NCBI GenBank assembly: GCA_051530055.1
Contig: CM121342.1
Span: 9,873,480 to 9,937,479, forward strand
Reading direction: 5' to 3'
Origin: Neoechinorhynchus agilis
Taxonomy: Eukaryota; Animalia; Acanthocephala
DNA: 64,000 bases
In this document: piece by piece, positions 61,945-64,000 of the stretch
How the letters are laid out: every line of letters starts with the position of its first letter
Position numbering within the stretch: the first letter of the stretch is position 1
Notes under the pieces: model-generated
Seen by the model: the letters and a program-made list of their open reading frames with translations, nothing else
Told to the model about the DNA's origin: nothing
Databases searched by the model: none
Made by a program: the position numbers and the translations under genes

Positions 61945-63455
61945 CGATCCCCCCTTAATACACTACCCGCGACGAGCAACGCAACCCCAATCTCCCTCAT
62001 TTCCGCTCCCGGTTTTCCGAAATCCGAAATTCCCTTGCCCACCGTTTTCTACTCCAATACTCGTAGCCTCCTTCCTAAACTAGCAGTCCATTTCACAGCT
62101 CCTCTGAGAAACGATCCTATATAATTCATAATTGCTGGCATCTATCGCCCTCCGGCCTCTCGTCCGGAGTCCGCTTTGCGCCAACTTGATTTTATGATGG
62201 AGCTCATAAACTCCACAAATTCACACCATTTCTTAATTGCAGGAGGCTTCAATAATCTATTTCGTCTTTTATCCTTCTCCGAGTTGTGTCAACTTATTGG
62301 CTTCCCAACTTGTCTTGACGCTCACCTCGAGAAACTGTACAAAAAATGTCGACGCCCACCCATCCGCCTTTAAATTTCTTCCCTTGCGAACTCTAACCAC
62401 TCTTCTGCCTTTATCACTTCCTTCAACCGCAACTCAGCGTGTGAAATCTCCCCGTTTTCCCGTCTGGGATAAACGTGATCATCACATCTACAATTTTATA
62501 AAACTATTTAGTTCTATGATTCGCACATTCCACTCTGACAACACAAATGACCATTCCTTGGCCATGTTCTCCCTAACCTCAATCATAGAAAATTCCCTAG
62601 CTTCGGCAATTCCCAAGAAATTCATTAGGATGTCGAACCGCGACCCTCCATGGGTAACCCCCTTCTGAAGCTTCTACAAAGGCAAGCTTCTAAGGTCCAT
62701 CGCAATAACCAACAAGAAATAAAATACTTACTCAACATGGTGGAGGGCCGTCAAAGACTCTTGGTCTACGCCACCCGGAACCTTTCCCCAATTTGCCCTT
62801 CACTGAATTAAAACAGGTTCTAGATTCCATTATTCAGAACCTCTGCCCTGACTCAATTCACAATCACTGCTCAACATCAGTCTCCAAACAATCTTTCACG
62901 CCCACACCTGAAACTTTTGTCAACTCGTCCATATTCCCCGTAGTTTCGTCATACGAAGTACTACAGCATCTCAAGTAATTATCTCACAATTCGTCCTCTC
63001 AATCCGAAATCCAAAACTGGACTCTTCGTTACATCATCCCCGAACTCATCGACCGTCTTACCAACATTATAAACCTCAGCCTTTTATATGGCATCTACCC
63101 CTCATGTCTGAAGACTGCTAAAGCTACCCTTGTTCCAAAAAAAGGACATTCGATTTCCACCGAATCATGCCGTCCAATATACTTTCTACCTGCTCTTTGA
63201 AAAATCATTGAAAAATGTTTTAAATCTCGCCTTCTTTCACTTCTCAACGAAAATTTATCGGCCCTACAATTCGGATTCCATCCCAAATTTTCTGCAACCG
63301 ATGCCCTACTTTGCATTTATGACACGTTCCTGCGCAACCTCGACAATAATCCTTTGCTTGTCACCCGTCTCATTCAACTTGATTTATCGAAAGCATTCGA
63401 CTCCGTGGATCATTCACTCCTTCTCCGGGCCTGCTCCGATTTTGGTTTCAACTTG
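61945..63455 (+). mobile_element. Decayed, 3'-truncated CR1/L2-group LINE (APE + partial RT)
   Basis: NTRSLLPKL, GIYRPP, WDKRDH, RMSNRDPPWVTP, CLKTAKATLVPKK, QFGF.P..S.TDALL, QLDLSKAFDSVDH; related to the 12.1-14.5 kb copy. Confidence 0.88.
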
Positions 63456-63459
63456 TGAC

Positions 63460-63570
63460 AGAAACGTTAAAAAAAGTTCAGATTGGAGCGGAGGAACATC
63501 TTTATCATCCAATTGCAAACCAACTCTTCCAAGGTTGCTCGATCCGACGACATCAATTGTCTCAATTGCG
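63460..63570 (+). repeat. Short diverged derivative of the 234-bp family that truncates the LINE
   Basis: AAGTTCAGATTGGAGCGGAGGAACATCTTTAT matches the last array unit (about 45533-45572); CCGACGACATCAATTGTCTC matches 33598-33617. Confidence 0.7.
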
Positions 63571-64000
63571 AGAATGTGCACGCGCCGCTTCGAGTTTTAA
63601 CATCCTTTAAGGAAGGTTTTAAACGCCACAAAAAGGTTCAATATGCGATCGTACTTTCAAATGCGTTCGGTTTTCTGAAAGAAGTACAGAAAATGGGGAA
63701 GGTGTATACGAGTTTGAGATTTAGTTTTCCGGATATCTCTGATTTGTAATCTCAACTTTAGTACCTTTTTTTCAGTTAAAGAAATGTGTCTTTTCGATTT
63801 GAACAACATGCTAATTTCTAAGATTTTGTTTACTTTAAGTACTGGAGATTATAATGCAAATCGTAACGTTAAATGGAAAAATTCAATTATGGATAGGGTT
63901 GTTAATTCAATAACAAAAATAGACTCCAATTATAATTTAAATGTTATTTATTTTCTTGCCCTATCGAAAATTGCGCTCATGTATTGCTTTCTCGATATTC

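Overview
Eukaryotic, AT-rich, gene-dense window from what appears to be a compact animal genome; species not determinable from sequence. Most introns are 35-60 nt GT-AG. Recognisable genes: TFIIA large subunit-like, DNAJB12/14, two near-identical SLC22 transporters 34.56 kb apart, PMPCA, TDRD3-like, WDR46, IPMK, NDUFA7-like, RBBP5-like, a multi-PLAT protein and a METTL24-like methyltransferase. Repeats: a ~10 kb 167-bp satellite, a 234-bp tandem family with solo copies, decayed CR1/L2-group and CRE-clade LINEs, a Penelope GIY-YIG fragment and fold-back elements. Main finding: in several conserved genes the protein homology can only be rebuilt by removing short inserts that lack GT-AG ends. Each insert folds into a terminal hairpin, and each can be read with a 3' end of AT or AC. 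This suggests a class of non-canonical fold-back introns coexisting with normal introns. Junctions were inferred by hand from reading frame and remembered homology and need RNA-seq confirmation.
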